Of a stretch of DNA of 64,000 nucleotides, positions 31,996 through 44,181 are shown piece after piece. The DNA comes from Tetramitus jugosus (Eukaryota; Protista; Heterolobosea). Each line of letters begins with the position of its first letter. Within the stretch, counting starts at the first letter, position 1. A model generated the notes under the pieces. It was given only the letters and a program-made list of their open reading frames with translations, was not told the DNA's origin and searched no databases. The position numbers were made by a program, and so were the translations under genes. The stretch lies in the NCBI GenBank assembly GCA_937625935.1, contig OW569395.1:1-64000 (forward strand). The letters run 5' to 3'.

Positions 31996-33105
31996 TTAGT
32001 TCTCAATGACTTCCAAATCGGAGAGGGCAACTCTACCGAGGTAGTTGTTCAAGACTGAACCAATGTACAAATAACCATCATGAACATCAGCTTCTGCAGT
32101 TCTAGAGAACACAGTGCTGTTTGCGGATTGGATCACTTCGACCACTCTTCCAAAGGAGTCAATCTTCTTGATCAAACCAAAGGTATCAATCAATCCCAAA
32201 ATGTTCAATGGAGGGACATATTGCAATGCAAGTTGTTGAAGGTCTGGATAGGTCAAGATGGCACTCATTTCTTGAGAAGTGTAGGAGAAGAGACCGACAT
32301 AAAAGTTTCCTAATCCGTCAGGTCTAATGTTGTCATTGTAACCACCAATGTCCTTGACCAAAACAGTGTTTTGTCCTGCTCTGGATCCAGTAAGGTAGTA
32401 CTTTCTGATGCTTCTAGCAGAGCACTCATTGATCAAGAGGAACTTTTCGTCCAAACCAACAGCAATACCGTTAGCGAATCTCAAGTCGCTAATTTCAACA
32501 GTCAATTCATTAGTTTCCAAATTCAACTTGAACAATCTTCCGTCAGGAGCATTGGCAACAACAATGGAAACGAATTGCATTCTAGTGTACACTTGAGAAG
32601 TGTCAGTAAAGTACAATGTAGAGCCATCTTCAGTCAAATACAAGGAGTTGGCCATCTTGAAAGGAACGCCATTGTAATTGTTGACAATGGTTTCAACAAT
32701 GGAAGGATCTTGTCTTGAAACTTTCAAAATTCCCTTGTAAGCATCAGCAATCCACAAGTTTTCTTCAGCATCGAATTGGAGACCCAATGCTCTACCACAC
32801 ATTGGTTCATGGACAACAGAGGTACCGCACAATGCACGCTCCTCAGGAGTCAAGTTTTGGGCACTGTAGGAATAGATGGAGATTTCTTGAGTGGTGGCAT
32901 TAATCATGCGGATTGTACCATCAGAAACACTAGTGTAAATGTTGCCTTGAGCATCCCAAACAATGGATTCAGGACCGTTGAGAACACCGAGACCAATCTT
33001 TTCAACAGAATGGACAATCCTGGTTGTGACTTCAGATGACACAATAGTAAGAGTACAGCACACAATGGCGATCAACAAGATCAAGACGCTAAACTTTGGG
33101 CTCAT
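31996..33105 (-). CDS. Strictosidine synthase-like / APMAP family (SMP-30/gluconolactonase fold)
   Basis: GPES, CGRALGL, IADAYKG, YFTDTS, DGRLFK, FANGI, DNIR; signal peptide. Confidence 0.93.
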   Translation of the reverse strand: MSPKFSVLILLIAIVCCTLTIVSSEVTTRIVHSVEKIGLGVLNGPESIVWDAQGNIYTSVSDGTIRMINATTQEISIYSYSAQNLTPEERALCGTSVVHEPMCGRALGLQFDAEENLWIADAYKGILKVSRQDPSIVETIVNNYNGVPFKMANSLYLTEDGSTLYFTDTSQVYTRMQFVSIVVANAPDGRLFKLNLETNELTVEISDLRFANGIAVGLDEKFLLINECSARSIRKYYLTGSRAGQNTVLVKDIGGYNDNIRPDGLGNFYVGLFSYTSQEMSAILTYPDLQQLALQYVPPLNILGLIDTFGLIKKIDSFGRVVEVIQSANSTVFSRTAEADVHDGYLYIGSVLNNYLGRVALSDLEVIEN

Positions 33106-34083
33106 GGCTTGATAGGTTAAGTATTATAGTATAGTTTGTTTTTTGTTGTTTGTTGTGTGATTGCATGAATCTAGGGAAAAAGGTCGAACCTTTGAAGAAG
33201 AGGATCAAGGGGGGAACTGGGGATGTGAATCCGTGAAACATGAGAGTCATTGGTTGACTACCCGATTAGATTTTGCGAGGAGTATCGCTTGAAAGATAGC
33301 TCAAATGTGGGAGGAATGGTCCTGATTTGGTACAAAATAATTCAGCGATCAAAGTTCCGATTCATCTCGCTGTCACGCTCGTTGACAAGAACGCTGCGAA
33401 GATGGTTCACGAGCCACAGGGGGAAAGAGCGAAGCAGTGAACAGATGAGACGGTACGTAATGCAATGACGTTCCCATATGACGATGATCGAACAGTAACT
33501 TTATCTACGGATCGCAGTCGAACGCTGGTTTTTCAGGTTTTCTCCGGATTCTCTCGCGTGACAAAAATAAAGAGTTCATTCTTTGGTATAGACTGGAAGT
33601 CATCGAACCTTGGATCAGATAAAAATACATTCCTCAGGGCTAATAACATCTCCCTCATAATGTTCCCAGTCAACCAAAATGCAACATCCAACCTAGGGTC
33701 CTTATCTAGGGTTGTATTTTTTGTTGTTGAGATTTTGAAAATACAAAGATACAACATCCCAATTCCCAAACTAATCAATAACACTTGAAAACAATATGTT
33801 AACCTTGTTCCGAGGACTATTACAATATGAAGCTCAACAACAACCAGAAGAAAACAACATTTCTCTCGCTGTGAGAATAACAACGAAAAATGATTCATTT
33901 ATTTACGGTCCAACTCATAGAACTTTACCCATAGAGGTGAGCACGCACGAATTATCTCCCCGACCAAGCAAGCAACAAATTCGAAAACGAAACAACAAAA
34001 TTTCTCCTTCTTGAATTTTCTCCGCCCATAGTTGAAAAATACCGCGAACTTGAACTTCGTAAAAAACAAGAACAAACAAAAAT

Positions 34084-34787
34084 ATGGCATCATTGATGAA
34101 CGCAATCAAGAAAAGAATAGTCTTTGTGACTGGAAATGCAAACAAGCTGAAGGAAGTTCAAGCTATCATGGGCGAAAACTTTGATGTTGTGTCCGTTTCT
34201 GTCGATTGTATGTTTCTCATTTTTTGGTGAAAAAGTGGACTTCTCCGTGTGCTCATCATTTTTTTTCGCGCGTTTTTTGTCGGAAATTCTTCTTTGTCTA
34301 CGGCTGCGCAGTGCCAGAGCTACAAGGCGAACCAGATGACATTTCAAGAGAAAAGTGCATCTTGGCTCGAAATGCTGTTCAACAACTGTACCCACAAGAA
34401 AAAATGGTTGTTGTCGTAGAAGACACATGCTTGTGCTTTAATGCACTCAAGGGACTCCCTGGTCCATACATCAAGTGGTTCTTGGACAAGATTGGTCATC
34501 AAGGATTGAACAACTTGTTAGTAGCTTATGAAGACAAGAGTGGTTATGCACTTTGCACATTGGCTTACACTACGATCAATGATCCAGAATCAAATGTAGT
34601 TGTCGTGTCCGGAAAAACCGATGGTAAGATTGTGGCTGCTCGCGGCGACAATCAATTTGGTTGGGATCCCATTTTCCAACCAGACGGATTCGAAGGAACG
34701 TATGCTCAGATTGATAAGGACATTAAGAACACAATCTCGCACAGATACAAGGCATTTGCTGTGTTGAAGAAGAGATTGGAGGAATAA
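34084..34787 (+). CDS. ITPA: Inosine triphosphate pyrophosphatase (HAM1 family); exons 34084-34207 and 34312-34787
   Basis: [11 protein letters not shown] in exon 1; GTATGT...GCAG intron; [30 protein letters not shown]. Confidence 0.95.
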
Positions 34788-34861
34788 TGACAACCACCAC
34801 GAATAAACAATCGCTCCACCGCATTAATATTGAATTATTTACAGAGAGTCAACCTATTTAT

Positions 34862-37800
34862 TTACTGATTGGTCGTGTTCGGGTTGACTGTTGACTGAAC
34901 TCGACAAAGAATGCTGTACATTTGGTCATATCGAGACAAGAGATCATTCATGGGAGGTGTTCCACCGTGTTCCTTCAAGTTGTCGCGATAGGATCGTGCT
35001 TCGCTGAAATCAAACTCGGACAACAATTGTCGAATTTGATTCACTTTTTCAGTGTCAGACATCTCTGGTTCCGAGAGCACGATGAGTGATGATGTTTGTG
35101 GTAGTGCACGGTCATCCACAAGAGAAAGACTAGGAGGTGTCACAGCTGTTTCGGTTTCGGATGAGGATGCTAGCGTTGTGTTTTGCATATCGTCATCAAT
35201 GACAATCAGCGCTGGTGTTGGTACCGTCGTAGTGTCGTTCGTGAGTGGCATCGATGCATCTTTCACTCTGAAAATGTCTTCTTGTGCTTGTGCAGAGCGT
35301 GTTGTCAGTGGAGTGTACGGAAATGCTTGGAACGAGTTCTTGCTTGGTGTGGCAATCACATCCTGAGACACATCTTCCATGTCTTGCCGCTTCACCTCTA
35401 ACTCGACGGGTGAAGCTGGTGTTACATTTGCGGAACTAGGCCAAGAGAGCAACAAATCTCCACTTGCTAGTGGTTCTTCTGATGTCGGTAGCGATGTTGA
35501 TGACAATGTTTCAACATGTAAATGTCCACCTTCGTCATCCTCTGAACTCTTCTTCGTTTTCTTTGTTGTCTTGTCCGTCCGCTTGTCTCTCTCATTGCGT
35601 CGATCATCCTCATCTGAATCACTATCAGCAAAGAAAATCTGACTCCGTGCCATCTCCTTTGCAAACAACTCATCATACTCCTCCTTTGATATGGTGAGTG
35701 ATGATTGATCAACATGTCTCCAGAACATGACACTACTCTGAAGATTGGTCAAGAAATAGCCACCTTCTGACAAGAGCTTATCAGGATTTCGATACTCCAT
35801 AATGTACTTTAGATTCGAGTGCAAATGAGGTGGATTGGCCTTCATGACCAAATAGATTAGAACAGGTAGGAACGTGTCTGCACTGGCTTGCTCCTTTGGA
35901 TAATACTGACTCAATATATTGAAAATGATTTTGCAACTGTTGGAGATGCAAATCATTTTGTCTCTCGGTGTCTTGTACGTGTTAATCTTCTTGAGTTCAC
36001 TAATGGCCAACAGGACTTGAGCACAAATTTGTTGATCTTCAGCCGTACTCATATTATCGTTCACCAAGTTTGGATCCAAATCCAAATGCCTCGGCAACAA
36101 ACGCTTATTGAACAGACTCAACCGTTTGGCAACTTCGTGATCCAACGTCAAATCCTCAATCGTCGGACTAAACACCTTATTGTACAGTTTGGTCATGACA
36201 TATTTTTCGATCCCTTCGCGAGCATTGTCCATTTCGAGTTCGGATGCATTGCGCCACTGTGGATGATTTTGAATCTCTCGCATCACATCACTCAGAAACG
36301 ATTGAACACGATTAGAGAAACTGTACTGTGGATTGTCAGTGTTCTCTGGTACATATTCTGCCCTGTTGAGCTCATTGATGAACCGTTTAATGTTCTTGAC
36401 GAGGTTCACTGCCGAGTGATGTCTCATTTTGGACACGAAATCAGCAAAATTAAACTTTTTGCTCTTGACTGTCGTTTCAGTGGTCTGTCGATGCGACGAT
36501 GACGATGACGATGTATCAGAGCTTTCATTCGTGCCATTGTCAGTTGTTGTAGTAGAAATAGTTGTTGTCGTGGTTGAACCTCCTAGGAACGACAAAGACA
36601 AAAACGACGATGATAATGAACGTTTTTTTTCTTCTTGTTGTTCGTCCCCTGAGGAGAACAATCGACTCTTTCTCGATGACGATGGGGATGATGATAAAAC
36701 ATCCAAAGATGACTCATCCATAGCACCACCACTGCGCGAAAATGCAAAATTTCGATTCGAATGCTCAGACTTTTCATCATCATCATCATTCCGACTATTC
36801 TCAAAATCAACATCGCCAGTAATTGACAAACTCTTTTCATGCAACGACAATAATTGATTCAATCGATTTTGAACCTTTTCATCTACACTCGTATTACCTC
36901 CTGTCGATGTCGTCATGTTCGTCATATGTTCACCAACACCAACACCACCACTACCACTACCACCAACAATCGATTGATCTTGTCTCGTTAAAAACTCATT
37001 CAATGTCATGTGTTGTTCAATCGGAGGTGCGATACCAACACTACTTTTATCATTCACTGATGACGATAATGACGATGATTCTCCACTACTCATTCCAAAC
37101 ACTTTGAATCGATTGGTAAAACTTTCAAAATTAGGCATCGAAGCCGATGAAAATAATCTCGATGATAAGAAACTATTACTACTATTACTACCATTATCAA
37201 CACTGTTGAGAATGGTGGATGAATTGGTCTGCGAGTTCATTAGTTTACTACTGGGCACATATCCTCCTCCCTCCAAAATCTCGGAGAAAATAATTGGCTC
37301 CGAAATGAGAATGATCGGAATATTATGAACCGTTTTGTTATTGGAATTGTACACGAGTGGAAATGTGGCATTGTGGCGCAAAACGAAAAATGTGCTCGTG
37401 GATGTCTCGTTGGGCTCAACGTACTTGCTACCATCCAACACTCCAAAATTTCTACGCGTTTTTGGACGTGTTAGCTTCAACCATACAAAAAAAATAATTA
37501 CAAAATACAACCAAAAAAACAACAACAACAAAAAAAGCTTAGTAAGCTTCATAAGCTCAGTGTCTTAGCTCTCATACTTTTTTTGAAAGACAGAGTAAGG
37601 ATCTTTGACACCTCTATGATACAATCTCTTGTATTTGGGTGGACCTGATATGATACGCATATGTGTGTACGAGTCATTGAATTTTCCACGTATTTGATTC
37701 AATGAGACAAACATGGTCAAATCATCAGGATTGCGATAAACGACATGAGACTCCACAAATGGCACTGTTAGCTCTCTATCCATTAAGCTCTGATCCAACG

Positions 37801-38029
37801 GTACCAACACTGTGCACTACAAATATCAGACATCAAGGTTAGTATCATTGATTAGGCAGAAAAAAAAATTCAAAAAAAATTCAAAAAAAATTCAAAAAAA
37901 TTGGTGTTTTTTGCGTACGTTGTCATGGGAGAGAATCGTGTCCAGAATGGATGAGAATTGTGCGTTTTTGTTTTCATTGAGCGCTAATAAAAATTTGTTG
38001 TGATTTTTCTCATATTCCAAAAAATTCAT
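34862..38029 (-). CDS. VPS9-domain Rab5-family GEF with VARP/ANKRD27-like N-terminus; exons 38029-37919, 37816-37578, 37451-34862
   Basis: VPS9 motifs PRDKMICI, SADTFLPVLIY, LHSNLKYI, GEGGY-like SEGGYFLTNL; upstream exons splice in frame (GT..AG) and read YEKNHNKFLLAL...VLVP...FVESH. Confidence 0.85.
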
Positions 38030-38568
38030 GCTTGCATGAATATGATAGATATGTGTCTGTTGGTTGGTTAGCTTTGGATAAGGTTGCGTGCGGTGGAAAA
38101 GATGAGGATGGTTGTGGCGATGAACAGATCAAATATCGATTCCGATTGATTGTTGTTGTTTATTTTTGTTCGAACATTGAATTTCAATGTGTTTTGCTCC
38201 GATTCGGCGAAATATCGAAACTGGGGCCAAAGGAAATACAAAAATTCAAACCAATTGGTTATTATTTGTTGTTTCCATTTACTCTGAAGAAGGAGAAAAC
38301 TAGATATCAGTAGAACCTATGCTCATTTGAGGAAGATGGAATGTTCCTTGATGAACTGAATTGTTGAAAGTTGTGGCGAAACCGGATCTTGAATAGTCAA
38401 CTTTTTTATGCGGTCGGGGTGTACAAGAAATCACCATATCAGGGATGCCCTCTTCAGTCCTCCCGGGTCCCCTCCTGCAATCCAGCTAGAGGGCGTGGAA
38501 TCCCATCACAAAACCAGTTTGTTGAGGTGCCCAGAAAGATTAAAACACAAACAGTACCTCACACCTCC

Positions 38569-39531
38569 ATGACCCACAGCGACAACCACCACGGAGTCTC
38601 ATTTGTTCCTTTGATCGGAGAAGCTCACTCCTTGAAGCAAAGGGGCAACGAATTGTTGGAACAGGACGCTATTGACCAAGCCATCAGCACGTACGAGCAA
38701 GGTCAGTTAATCCTGGAGAGAATAATGTTGGGACAGTCAGCCTCAGTTAGTTCCATGCCCTTCACTATTTCTACCACAGGAACCACTACAATGATCACAC
38801 CAGGATTCTTCAACAACAACACCAAAAACCCAACGACTAATGTTGTGGAGCAGCAGCAACGATCGTACACGACAACTCCACTGTCCCTATTGACTGACAT
38901 TTTATCAAACATGGCCTTAGCACACTACCTCCGACAAAACTATGTCGCTGGTATTCAAACTTGTGAACACATTTTGCGTTTGGATGAGAGTCATATGAGG
39001 GCGAACTACTATGCCGGAATGATGTACAAGGACCAAAACAATAGGTCAATGGCAAAAAAGTACTTTCAGAGTGCGTTGATATGCACTCCACTGAACCATC
39101 CAGCGAGAGTTGATGTTGTGAGGGAATTGGCTTCGGTTGTCAGTTACAAACCAAAAAACAGGCTCCCACAAAGTGCATCAATCTCACCCAGAGACTACCC
39201 AGCAGTGAAACAATCAAATCAGTTGAATTCGATACCAGTACAGGAGGAAGGCGAACAACAAGAAACCAACTATGAAATGCAGCGTGCAATACTGGCAACG
39301 ATCGAAGCAGAGAGAAAAGAAAAGGAGAGTGCAATAGAAATGAAGAGAATGCAAGAGTTCTACGAAGAGGAAAGAAGGAGACAAGAGAATAATCGTCATG
39401 AAGAAGAGGGATCTCTCTATCTTGACGAAGATGAGGTCGTTTACGAGGATGATGAAGATGACCATTCTAACCTGCGAGACGAGGAGGTAGGTGACGAGAT
39501 CAATGGAGAAAACTATGATATGACGATGTAG
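38569..39531 (+). CDS. TPR-repeat protein
   Basis: LKQRGNELL...AISTY and ILSNMALAHY...RANYYAG TPR motifs; acidic tail; likely start MTHSDN. Confidence 0.75.
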   Translation: MTHSDNHHGVSFVPLIGEAHSLKQRGNELLEQDAIDQAISTYEQGQLILERIMLGQSASVSSMPFTISTTGTTTMITPGFFNNNTKNPTTNVVEQQQRSYTTTPLSLLTDILSNMALAHYLRQNYVAGIQTCEHILRLDESHMRANYYAGMMYKDQNNRSMAKKYFQSALICTPLNHPARVDVVRELASVVSYKPKNRLPQSASISPRDYPAVKQSNQLNSIPVQEEGEQQETNYEMQRAILATIEAERKEKESAIEMKRMQEFYEEERRRQENNRHEEEGSLYLDEDEVVYEDDEDDHSNLRDEEVGDEINGENYDMTM

Positions 39532-40009
39532 CACGTTCAATCAACGGTCATCCATTTCCCAATAAAATCATTAATTTCTGTGAAATGAAACGTGCTTGCC
39601 ATTTATTGATAGGACCCAATTTTGGAGAATTCTTAATGTGCCTGTAGACGTTTTGTATTTTTTGTCGCCCACAATTACGACTCCGGGTACCGAGACAGCG
39701 GGTAGTCGTCAAACATTCTGGATCGAGTTCGTGATTTTTGCGAATTATGTGCCGGCAACAACAAATGAGCCACATTCAAATTTCGGGACACAAAGGATCC
39801 TTGGCTTCGTTATTGAGATCTCTTTTCGTTAAAAGAGTAAGTTATTTTGATGTTCTCAGATCAGATGCTTGGTGTTAAAAAGAAAGGGTGTTTCGTCAGT
39901 TCAACATTTTCTCACAACACAACAACATAACAAGCTTAATACCTCAAAGCAATACCAATTGTATTTGTCCACTTAATAGTATTTAATACCCATACTCAAG
40001 ATCTCTAAA

Positions 40010-40768
40010 ATGAAGTCCATTCTCGCGTTGGCCCTTCTCATTCTCTTTGCGGCATACATTAATGGCCAGACTTGTGGCACTGGGCAGTTGCTCTGTGGAG
40101 CTTCTTGCTACTTCCCATCTCAGTACGTTTGTCTCCCAGGACCTAGACTGTGTCCGATTGGCAATCTCGCTTGCGGAGCTGCTTGTTACTTGCCATCTCA
40201 ATATCACTGCGTTGGTGGCATCTTGCTTCCAGGACCAGCACCACAAGCAACTGAATCCATTGTCACTGCCCCTTCACCAGGTGTCCCAGGCTGCCCTCCA
40301 GGAAACGCAAAGTGTGGAACTGTCTGCTACGATCCAATTCTCTATGATTGCTTGACTGGTAACCACCTTTGTCCAAAGGGTCTCTCTCTTTGTGGAATTG
40401 CTTGCTACTCACCACTCCAATATCATTGCGTTGGTGGTGTCTTGCAACCAGGACCAGCACCACAAGTCACTGAATCAATTGTTACTGGAGGAAGTCCAAT
40501 CACATCACCAGCAGCTCCTTGTGGAACCGGTGAAGCACTCTGTGGAGCTCAATGCTACGCTACTGCCGCGTACTTCTGTACTACAGGAAACCATTTGTGC
40601 CCATGTACCGCCAGATGTTTCTGTCCAGGTGATGGTGGTTGTTTCAACCCAACAGCCTATAGTTGCTGTGCTTCTGCTGCTTTCCCTACTGGTCACTTGG
40701 TTCAGGGACAAAACCAATGTACTGTCGCTTCCAACAGAGCCGTTTGCACTGGAAGTGGATGTACTTAA
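40010..40768 (+). CDS. Secreted Cys-rich repeat protein (CBM52/Carb_bind-like glucan-binding modules)
   Basis: Signal peptide; repeated CG-x-x-CY-x-P-x-x-Y-x-C...LCP units with PGPAPQ linkers. Confidence 0.75.
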   Translation: MKSILALALLILFAAYINGQTCGTGQLLCGASCYFPSQYVCLPGPRLCPIGNLACGAACYLPSQYHCVGGILLPGPAPQATESIVTAPSPGVPGCPPGNAKCGTVCYDPILYDCLTGNHLCPKGLSLCGIACYSPLQYHCVGGVLQPGPAPQVTESIVTGGSPITSPAAPCGTGEALCGAQCYATAAYFCTTGNHLCPCTARCFCPGDGGCFNPTAYSCCASAAFPTGHLVQGQNQCTVASNRAVCTGSGCT

Positions 40769-41192
40769 ATGACATGCACTTGGATAAGCGATCGGTCATC
40801 ACGAAAATGCACCTTTGAAGAAATGGTGCATCATTGTACAATTTGTAAATAAGAACGATGACAAACTAAAGATCGCTGCGGATGGTAGTCCAATATCAGA
40901 AACCCAAATAAAAAGGAATTTGTTCCAAAAAACAAAAATGCCAATATTTCCTATTACCTTCTTGATGTTGTCACGTTACAAAAAATTTTGGCACTGTCAA
41001 TATTTGTCCGCAACTCCTTCCTTGATTGAAGCGGAAAATCGTAGCCCGACATCTGAAAAAATCTTTGTCGCTTCAATGTGAGGTTGGTGTCAACGTCTTT
41101 TCCTCCAAAAGGCAAGAAACTGCCCCACAAAACTCAAAACTCAAGAACGAACAAACCAATTCTCAAAGAAATCTTCTACTGCGTACCAGGAC

Positions 41193-41603
41193 ATGTTCTG
41201 CTCGGCACCTCTAGCAACTAGCGACCAAATTGACCAGATCTACAAGAATTTTGAACGGGCAAAGAAGTTGTCACAAGAAGCGTGTGACACCAAGCAACAC
41301 AAATGTGTGAACTACAGACATCTGTTGGATGTACATGCTAGTGCTCTCTTCGATGATTGCATACTCAAAATACTGGATTTGAGAAAGTCCTTTTCCATGG
41401 GAGAAACCAGCAGTGACACTGTTACGCACCGACAACTGGAGAATGCCCAGTCAGGCGTGTTGAAATTTCAACTCGAAGTTTTGGGACGCATTATTGCACG
41501 TGCAAGAGACCTTGGCCTCGAGAGTATCGCGGAAGACAGAGAACGTCAAAAACAGAGGTTGGAATTTATGTCGAATGTGAAGGTGCTCTCAGAGAAATTC
41601 TAA
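41193..41603 (+). CDS. Hypothetical protein
   Basis: 136-aa ATG ORF with helical character. Confidence 0.5.
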   Translation: MFCSAPLATSDQIDQIYKNFERAKKLSQEACDTKQHKCVNYRHLLDVHASALFDDCILKILDLRKSFSMGETSSDTVTHRQLENAQSGVLKFQLEVLGRIIARARDLGLESIAEDRERQKQRLEFMSNVKVLSEKF

Positions 41604-41847
41604 TGTCCGACAGGACAGTTGGGTGGCCCAACAAAAATTAATGTTTCCCTCTTTGTACTTTCATATTGATAAACTCTACACATTACTTCTCAACATATGA
41701 CTATGAGTGTAATTGGTTGTTGTTTCTTGTTTTTATTGCACAGTGGAACACACATCAAAGTGACGGAACAATGACAGACAGATCCCACTTCAAATTGCCT
41801 CGGCCGAACAAAAGTAAGCAGGCAAGACCCAAAGAACAGCAACGACA

Positions 41848-42384
41848 ATGGAACCAAGTCAAGAGATGATTGATTTTTTCCACAAGAGGACAAGAGAACA
41901 TATCGCACGAGTGAAGCAAAACATGGTACTCATGGAGGGATATCTTGGTCTATCTCTGCAGACACTCGTAGAGCGTGCAAATGTTCACGATGAGAGCAAG
42001 TTCTCTGAGCAGGAACAACTAGGGTACATCTGGCTATCATGGATGCATCACCAGAAGAGTCAGAACATGGCTTTCGAGTATCCTCATGGTGGTATTCAAG
42101 ATTTAGTGACATCTGCAATTGATCACCATGTCACTCATAATTTACATCATCCTGAGGCACACGCGGATCATAATTTGATGAGTGAGCTGGATCTGGTGGA
42201 GATGGTGTGTGACTGGACAGCAATGAGTCAAGAGTTTAACCAGGCAAGTTGTCAATCCTATGTCGATCGAAATCTGGATGTCAAATGGAAGTTTTCACAC
42301 AGCAGAAAAGGGTTCATCTATCAGATTATTCAGGAGATGGACAAACGTAATGGTGTCAATCGTAGTCACAACGTGTTTTTCTGA
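41848..42384 (+). CDS. HD-like metal-binding protein (DUF5662-like, phage/virus-associated)
   Basis: TREHI, HDESKF, HHVTHNLHHPEAH, DLVEMVCDWTAMS. Confidence 0.75.
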   Translation: MEPSQEMIDFFHKRTREHIARVKQNMVLMEGYLGLSLQTLVERANVHDESKFSEQEQLGYIWLSWMHHQKSQNMAFEYPHGGIQDLVTSAIDHHVTHNLHHPEAHADHNLMSELDLVEMVCDWTAMSQEFNQASCQSYVDRNLDVKWKFSHSRKGFIYQIIQEMDKRNGVNRSHNVFF

Positions 42385-42657
42385 CATCTCACAGCCGACG
42401 AGACACTGCATTTTGATCAAAAAATAAGGTAATGGATCGACCATTGCCAACTCTATCACTCTTTATGGAATTCAATAAGCATTGCCAGTAGTAGATACAT
42501 ACAATGAGACAATCTTCAACCAATTCAAGCAACTCAAAATTGAATGTCGGGCCTGCCTATCATTTTCTCCGCTTCGTTCGAAAAAAAGTTGCAAAATTCA
42601 CAAACAAATCATACGACTAGTGAAATATCTTGAACCACAGTCAAGTTGTCAACAACA

Positions 42658-44106
42658 ATGGTCTCCACTCGATCCTCCAAACGCAACAACAAGCTTCCTA
42701 ATTCTCCGCTTTCCGCCAATTCACAAGAAAACGGTTCCCGCGGCGATAACGAAACGCCCAAACAAAAAGAGCGCGAAAGAAATCAACTACTGAAAAAATT
42801 TGAGACTGCGCTCAAAAAGAAGCGCAAAGAGCTCTTGTCTACTTTGGATGACGACACACAACAACAAGCTCAACCATCAAAGCTTAAGCTAAAGCAAAAG
42901 CAACAACAACAACAACAAAAAAACAAGAAACGAAGCAAAAGAGGAACTGAACAAGAAGAAGAAGATGATGATGATGATTTTTCACCTGATACACCAGCTG
43001 TCATTGACAAATCAAGCGAAGAACCAAAACAAAAGAGACAAAAATTACTTCAAGCTTCTTCTTCATCAACATCGATAGCTTCATTAGCTACACCAGTTCT
43101 TCGATTGAGTTCCATCACAAAAAACCAAGTTCAAACAACTGTTGACAATAGCAGTAGCAGTAGTGAAGATGAAAAAGAAGATGAAAATGTTCAAGAGAGC
43201 AGTGATGATGATGAAGAAAATGATCATGATAGTAACAAGAATAACCATAGTGATAGTGATAGTAGCAACAGCAGTAGTAGTAGTAGTAGTGAACAAGATG
43301 AATCATCAAGTGATGAAAAGAAATCATCACGAAAAAAGAATGAACCAAACGACGTCAAAACACTACTCGCTGATTTATTGACTAAAAATACCAACAATCA
43401 AAAAAATAAGAGAAACATGGACAGATATTTTATTGAAGAAACAACAACAATATCAACTGGCGCCTCGACAGCAACATCATCTTCGAATAGTGCTAGTAGT
43501 GCTAGTAGTGCTAGTAGTAGTAGAAGTAATTCAAGTAGTAACAATCAAATTGTTCCACTTTCATTTTTGAGCAAGGATACGTTTACAGAGTGTTGTACGT
43601 TGTGTGGTCACGATGATCATGAAGTGTTTGAATGTCCACATCGATTCTGTTCATTGTGTAATCGCAAAGGGCATGAATCAACAAATTGTACCTATCGAAA
43701 TGTGAGTAACAACAATAGTCGATCTCATCAGAGAGGTCCTTTGACATGTGATTGGTGCAGTAAGGTTGGACACACGGAAAGCAAGTGTCCAATGAAGGAA
43801 TTTACACTTGATTCAGATTCAGTGTCCGAAGAGAAATTGAAACAGTGGAAAATTACAAAGATTGAGACCAGTTCGGGCTACTTGTGTTGTGAGTTGCCAC
43901 AAAAGAAGAATGATCAAATTTATTGTTTCAATTGTGGAGGAAAGAGACATTTTGGTCTGCAGTGCGCACAACCATCATTGGCATCCATGATGAACTCTAG
44001 ATCTTCGCAGAACAAGATTTTGGAGATGGGAGTTTCGGCAAGGAGTGACCGGACAAAGAAGATTGTGCATCATTTGAGCTCACAGTTCTTGGATGAAGGA
44101 TATTAA
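42658..44106 (+). CDS. CCHC zinc-knuckle protein, AIR1/2-ZCCHC7-like
   Basis: Four CxxCxxxxHxxxxC knuckles including IYCFNCGGKRHFGLQC; low-complexity N-terminus. Confidence 0.75.
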   Translation: MVSTRSSKRNNKLPNSPLSANSQENGSRGDNETPKQKERERNQLLKKFETALKKKRKELLSTLDDDTQQQAQPSKLKLKQKQQQQQQKNKKRSKRGTEQEEEDDDDDFSPDTPAVIDKSSEEPKQKRQKLLQASSSSTSIASLATPVLRLSSITKNQVQTTVDNSSSSSEDEKEDENVQESSDDDEENDHDSNKNNHSDSDSSNSSSSSSSEQDESSSDEKKSSRKKNEPNDVKTLLADLLTKNTNNQKNKRNMDRYFIEETTTISTGASTATSSSNSASSASSASSSRSNSSSNNQIVPLSFLSKDTFTECCTLCGHDDHEVFECPHRFCSLCNRKGHESTNCTYRNVSNNNSRSHQRGPLTCDWCSKVGHTESKCPMKEFTLDSDSVSEEKLKQWKITKIETSSGYLCCELPQKKNDQIYCFNCGGKRHFGLQCAQPSLASMMNSRSSQNKILEMGVSARSDRTKKIVHHLSSQFLDEGY

Positions 44107-44181
44107 ATGTTCTTCTTCTGAGCAAAATGTTTCATGCATTTGTTTCTGCTGTGTTGCAACTTATTTTACAATGTCTCGATG

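Noticed and set aside
37452-37577. N-terminal transmembrane helix of the 896-aa VPS9 ORF
   Set aside because: It is a T-rich intron (GTATGA..TAG) that happens to be open in that frame.
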